Virus record (IMG/VR): IMGVR_UViG_3300002168_000001
Coordinates: 1-35,625 of that record
Length of the DNA stretch: 35,625 nt
Origin: a virus
Strand: one strand, 5' to 3'
In this document: positions 32,835 through 35,625 of the stretch, in pieces
How the letters are laid out: every line of letters starts with the position of its first letter
Position numbering within the stretch: position 1 is the stretch's first letter
The notes under the pieces: model-generated
Database searches by the model: none
Told to the model about the DNA's origin: nothing
The model's input: the letters and a program-made list of their open reading frames with translations, nothing else
Made by a program: the position numbers and the translations under genes

Positions 32835-33257
32835 ATGAAAACAATGGAAAAAATTAATGCTAAATGGGTAGATGAAAACAACAACACATGGACTTCTTCC
32901 TTATACACTAAGGAAGAGGCAATTGAAATGAGTAAATCTCTTATCAATTGTCGGGATTGTTCGGATTGTCGGTATTGTCGAGATTGTCATGATTGTCATG
33001 ATTGTCGGTATTGTCGGTATTGTTCGGATTGCCGGAATTGTTCGGATTGTCGGAATTGCTATAATTGTGAGGGATGTCGGTATTGTTGGGGTTATCAGGG
33101 ATGCCGTGATTGCTATAATTGTGAGGGATGTCGTGATTGTAATGGGTGCATGGAGTGTAAGGATTGTGGTTGCTGTGAATATTGTGAGGGATGCCGTGAT
33201 TGCTATAATTGTGAGGGATGCCGTGATTGCTATAATTGTGAGGGATGCTGCTCTTGA
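32835..33257 (+). CDS. Cys-triplet-repeat protein: a 38-aa N-terminal domain followed by 102 aa with Cys at every third residue
   Basis: MKTMEKINAKWVDENNNTWTSSLYTKEEAIEMSKSLIN is followed by CRDCSDCRYCRDCHDCHDC...CEGCRDCYNCEGCCS. The leader motif lies upstream. The ATG at 32835 is preferred over 32706, which would overlap the previous gene. Confidence 0.65.
   Translation: MKTMEKINAKWVDENNNTWTSSLYTKEEAIEMSKSLINCRDCSDCRYCRDCHDCHDCRYCRYCSDCRNCSDCRNCYNCEGCRYCWGYQGCRDCYNCEGCRDCNGCMECKDCGCCEYCEGCRDCYNCEGCRDCYNCEGCCS
32949..33254. repeat. 9-bp-periodic coding tandem repeat (TGY-NNN-NNN, 34 units), including two perfect 27-bp units
   Basis: 33 of 34 consecutive codon triplets begin with TGT or TGC. 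The perfect tandem tgtgagggatgccgtgattgctataat occurs at 33183..33209 and 33210..33236. Confidence 0.9.
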
Positions 33258-33338
33258 TAAGATTATTGAAGATGCAGCAACCTCTATTGCCGAACTTTTT
33301 AAAAAAAAAAATTAAACAAAAACTAAAAAATAGAAATT

Positions 33339-33890
33339 ATGAAAAATTTAAAAATCACAATCGAAAATTTACAACAACTTAATCCATGCGAATCGGGATA
33401 CGAGTTCGCCCAATCTAAAAATTCTTTAATAGAAGCATGGGAAACGTGTGAAAGAGGCGATTTGATGCTTTGGTTTGCAAGTAAACTTGAGTGTCCAGTG
33501 GAACTATTGACCCTAGCAAAGGGGAAATGTGCTGAAACAGTTATTCATTTGATGAAAGACGAAAGAAGTCGCAAGGCGGTAAAAGCTGCCATTGATTTTG
33601 GTAATGGCGTTGCTTCACGTGAAGAATTAGATGCGGCTTCTGATGCTGCTCATGTTGCTGCTAAGGATGCTTTTGATTATGCTTTTGCAGCTTATGCTGC
33701 AGCCGCTTCGAATGCTGCTTATGCTGCTTATGCTGCTGCGAATGCTGCTTATGCAGCTGCTGCTTATGCTGCTTCTTATGCTTCTTCTGCTTCTGCTGCT
33801 GCTGCTGATGCTGCGAAAAAAGCAAACCAGCTTCAAACGGCTAACATCTGCAGAGAAGTGCTTACTGATTTTATAAAATCAAAACTATGA
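33339..33890 (+). CDS. Ala/Tyr-repeat protein: a Cys-containing N-terminal domain followed by a low-complexity alanine-rich helical repeat
   Basis: The N-terminus LNPCESGYEFAQ...AWETCERGDLMLWFASKL is followed by DAASDAAHVAAKDAFDYAFAAYAAAASNAAYAAYAAANAAYAAAAYAASYASSASAAAADAA. An identical 25-nt leader lies upstream. Confidence 0.65.
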   Translation: MKNLKITIENLQQLNPCESGYEFAQSKNSLIEAWETCERGDLMLWFASKLECPVELLTLAKGKCAETVIHLMKDERSRKAVKAAIDFGNGVASREELDAASDAAHVAAKDAFDYAFAAYAAAASNAAYAAYAAANAAYAAAAYAASYASSASAAAADAAKKANQLQTANICREVLTDFIKSKL

Positions 33891-33916
33891 AAAAATAATA
33901 TTAAAAAATAGAAATT

Positions 33917-34189
33917 ATGAAAAAAACACATCAAGACTATTTTAAAGCGGTCGAGTTCGCAAAAGAAACAACCGACAAAGTGATTGAAAAGCTCGAACAA
34001 ATAGCAATCGAGAATAAAATAGAAGCGAAAATCACAACAGAATACATTGCGGAACGAAACGCATTCGTAATTGAAGTTAGCAATATGACTAACTACCATA
34101 TTAACGAAGTCGCAAAAGTAATGCTTGGGAAACGAGCGCAATCGACTTCGATGAAATCAGGCTATATTGTAATTGATATAAACGAGTAA
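33917..34189 (+). CDS. Small early hypothetical protein
   Basis: 90-aa ORF with the conserved leader upstream. Confidence 0.6.
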   Translation: MKKTHQDYFKAVEFAKETTDKVIEKLEQIAIENKIEAKITTEYIAERNAFVIEVSNMTNYHINEVAKVMLGKRAQSTSMKSGYIVIDINE

Positions 34190-34191
34190 TT

Positions 34192-34398
34192 ATGTACGGA
34201 TTCACAACTGTAGAGGAAGACTTAGCTAAATATATGCAAGAGCTTGAAGAAAGAGAAAAAGAAGACATCGAATATTACAGCGAAGAAATCGAATGTGCTG
34301 AATGCGGAGAAACACACGCACGTGGCGACATGAACGAAATCTGGTTACATTGGATTTGCGATAAGTGTAAAAATGAGCATTTCCCGAGAAAGAAATAA
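34192..34398 (+). CDS. Small acidic zinc-ribbon protein
   Basis: 68 aa with an acidic N-terminal half, then CAEC...CDKC. Confidence 0.6.
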   Translation: MYGFTTVEEDLAKYMQELEEREKEDIEYYSEEIECAECGETHARGDMNEIWLHWICDKCKNEHFPRKK

Positions 34399-34472
34399 CT
34401 TCCTTGTATGTACACTATAATAATTAACAAACTAAAAATGAGCAATATAATAACAACAGAAACGCAAATAAA

Positions 34473-34883
34473 ATGAAAGACATAAACAAAATAATCAGAA
34501 TAGTAGAAAAACACGCAGGTTTCTCAATCAGAAACAAAGGGCGTAAACGTGAACTTGTTGAATACAGACAAATAGCGCAAGAACTCTGCATAAATTACAC
34601 AAATTGCAGCCTTAAGCAAATAGGTTACGCAACAAATCAAGACCATTCAACGGTAATATACGCACGTAAGCAAGTAGAGATATTAATGTGCAACAAAGAA
34701 TTTGAGCGCAAATATAAAGAAATTGAAAAAATCGTAATCAAAGAGTTAAACACGAACGCAGAAAAACGCACTCAAATGATTCACGACCTCGAACAGCGGA
34801 TTTGGGGAGCAGAACACCCCGAACATTTATCCCAAATGAAATCACGTCTCGGGCATTTACTTTACGCAGAATTACAGGATTAA
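34473..34883 (+). CDS. Stand-alone DnaA domain IV-like (Bac_DnaA_C) helix-turn-helix protein
   Basis: GRKRELVEYRQIAQELCINYTNCSLKQIGYATNQDHSTVIYARKQVE aligns with E. coli DnaA [48 protein letters not shown]. No AAA+ domain is present. Confidence 0.8.
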   Translation: MKDINKIIRIVEKHAGFSIRNKGRKRELVEYRQIAQELCINYTNCSLKQIGYATNQDHSTVIYARKQVEILMCNKEFERKYKEIEKIVIKELNTNAEKRTQMIHDLEQRIWGAEHPEHLSQMKSRLGHLLYAELQD

Positions 34884-34925
34884 TATGAAAACAGAAATCG
34901 TAAATAATAAACACAGTAAAAGGAT

Positions 34926-35267
34926 ATGAAAAACAAAATTATCAAAATTGCAGATGACCTCCGAAACGGAGTGATAGAAACAGAAACCGCACGAAGCCTT
35001 TTATTGGGTTTATTTAGTGTTAGTGGCTGCTTATTGGTCAATGCTAAAAAAGGAGATTATTTAAAATGTACAAAGGTTTATTCTCAATCAAAAAAATATA
35101 CAGTTGGTAAAATGTACCAAATAATAAATATTGAAATGATTGATGTTATTCATTTATGGAAAAAAGAACCACACATAGTAATAAGAGATGACAATAATAA
35201 ATTAACAAGAATAAATCAAATAAGTGGAATAAGTTTCACTGAGTTTGATGTTTTAAGTTGCCACTAA
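34926..35267 (+). CDS. Hypothetical protein
   Basis: 113-aa ORF. No motif recognised. Confidence 0.55.
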   Translation: MKNKIIKIADDLRNGVIETETARSLLLGLFSVSGCLLVNAKKGDYLKCTKVYSQSKKYTVGKMYQIINIEMIDVIHLWKKEPHIVIRDDNNKLTRINQISGISFTEFDVLSCH

Positions 35268-35278
35268 AGAATGGTTTT

Positions 35279-35625
35279 ATGAAATATAGTGGATTTGAAA
35301 AAGAGGAGCATTTCGATAGAATTAGCTTTTATAACGGTGATTGTATGGATTTATTAAAACAAACACCTGATAAATACTACGACCTTGCTTTGGTTGACCC
35401 GCCTTATGGAATTGGGATTAGCTCCAACCCTGTAAGACAACGGCACGAAAAAAAAGACTGGGACAATGCGATACCTACACACGAATATTTTGAGCAACTA
35501 TTTAGGGTAAGCAAAAATCAAATAATTTGGGGTGGTAATTATTTCCCATTAAAACCAACGCAATGCTTTTATATTTGGGATAAAAAACAACCGCACGACT
35601 TTAGCCTTGCAATGTGTGAAATGGC
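35279..35625 (+). CDS. DNA methyltransferase, beta-class N6A/N4C type: N-terminal part, continuing at 98..401 after the circular junction
   Basis: The ATG at 35279 is followed by FYNGDCMDLL and LVDPPYGIG (motif IV). It is in frame with 84..401 through the 97-bp overlap. The reconstructed gene is 651 nt (216 aa). Confidence 0.85.
   Translation, partial: MKYSGFEKEEHFDRISFYNGDCMDLLKQTPDKYYDLALVDPPYGIGISSNPVRQRHEKKDWDNAIPTHEYFEQLFRVSKNQIIWGGNYFPLKPTQCFYIWDKKQPHDFSLAMCEM
35529..35625. repeat. Terminal overlap copy B, identical to 1..97
   Basis: 97/97 identity by direct comparison. Confidence 0.95.

Noticed and set aside
32570-32947. 125-aa minus-strand ORF spanning the acidic-protein gene and the start of the Cys-repeat gene
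   Set aside because: It overlaps two + strand genes that have promoter and leader support. Its composition is hydrophobic and low-complexity, and no Bacteroidota-type promoter lies on the minus strand.
32989-33243. Plus-strand alternative-frame ORF encoding an Ile/Val-rich string (MIVMIVGIVGIVRIAGIV...)
   Set aside because: It is a by-product of the 9-bp TGY-NNN-NNN repeat read in the +1 frame, and it has no leader or promoter. Only its final ~24 codons (33244..33315) are of interest, because they duplicate the C-terminal module of the neighbouring gene. That is reported separately.
33627-33876. ORFs 33631..33876 (+, Leu/Met-rich) and 33627..33836 (-, Ser/Arg/Ile-rich) inside the Ala/Tyr-repeat gene
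   Set aside because: They are frame and strand shadows of the GCT/GCA-rich repeat with implausible compositions. The Ala/Tyr frame has the conserved leader and a globular N-domain.
1-35625. A search for integrase, transposase or IS elements, tRNA genes, CRISPR arrays, reverse transcriptase (DGR or retron) and DNA polymerase
   Set aside because: No ORF shows the corresponding catalytic motifs. No cloverleaf-like or repeat-spacer structures were seen by eye. Absence cannot be proven without tRNAscan, HMM searches and similar tools.

Overview
This window looks like a complete, linearised, circular or circularly permuted genome of a tailed dsDNA phage (siphovirus-like). The first 97 bp (1..97) are identical to the last 97 bp (35529..35625), so the unique length is about 35,528 bp. 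One methyltransferase gene is cut by the window edge. All convincing genes lie on the + strand. The DNA is AT-rich. Several intergenic regions carry TTG-N19-21-TAnnTTTG promoters, the Bacteroidota sigma-A type, so the host is probably a Flavobacteriia or Bacteroidia member.

Modules:
- Early and replication-recombination region (about 31.9 kb, across the junction, to 12.9 kb). It holds small early genes, three DNA methyltransferases, a Rad52-like annealase with a YqaJ-like exonuclease, an SSB-like OB-fold protein, a DUF4373-like replication organiser containing 11-bp iterons, a T7 gp4-like primase-helicase, NinB-like, VRR-NUC, ASCH-like and PLD-like nuclease proteins.
- Late region (12.95..31.7 kb). 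It holds small and large terminase, portal, prohead protease, HK97-fold capsid, major tail protein, tape measure, tail tip and fibre proteins including a tandem LamG protein, and a lysis cassette, and it ends at a strong terminator.

I found no DNA polymerase, integrase, tRNA or CRISPR array.

The most unusual part is the early region at 31.7..35.3 kb:
- a 92-bp perfect promoter duplication with phased T-tracts;
- a reiterated 5' leader in front of consecutive small genes;
- a 140-aa protein whose C-terminal 102 residues have Cys at every third position, encoded by a 9-bp-periodic repeat;
- a C-terminal module shared with the neighbouring gene but placed out of frame;
- an Ala/Tyr-repeat protein;
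- a strongly acidic small protein;
- a stand-alone DnaA domain-IV protein.

All family assignments come from motif recognition by eye. No database search was run.
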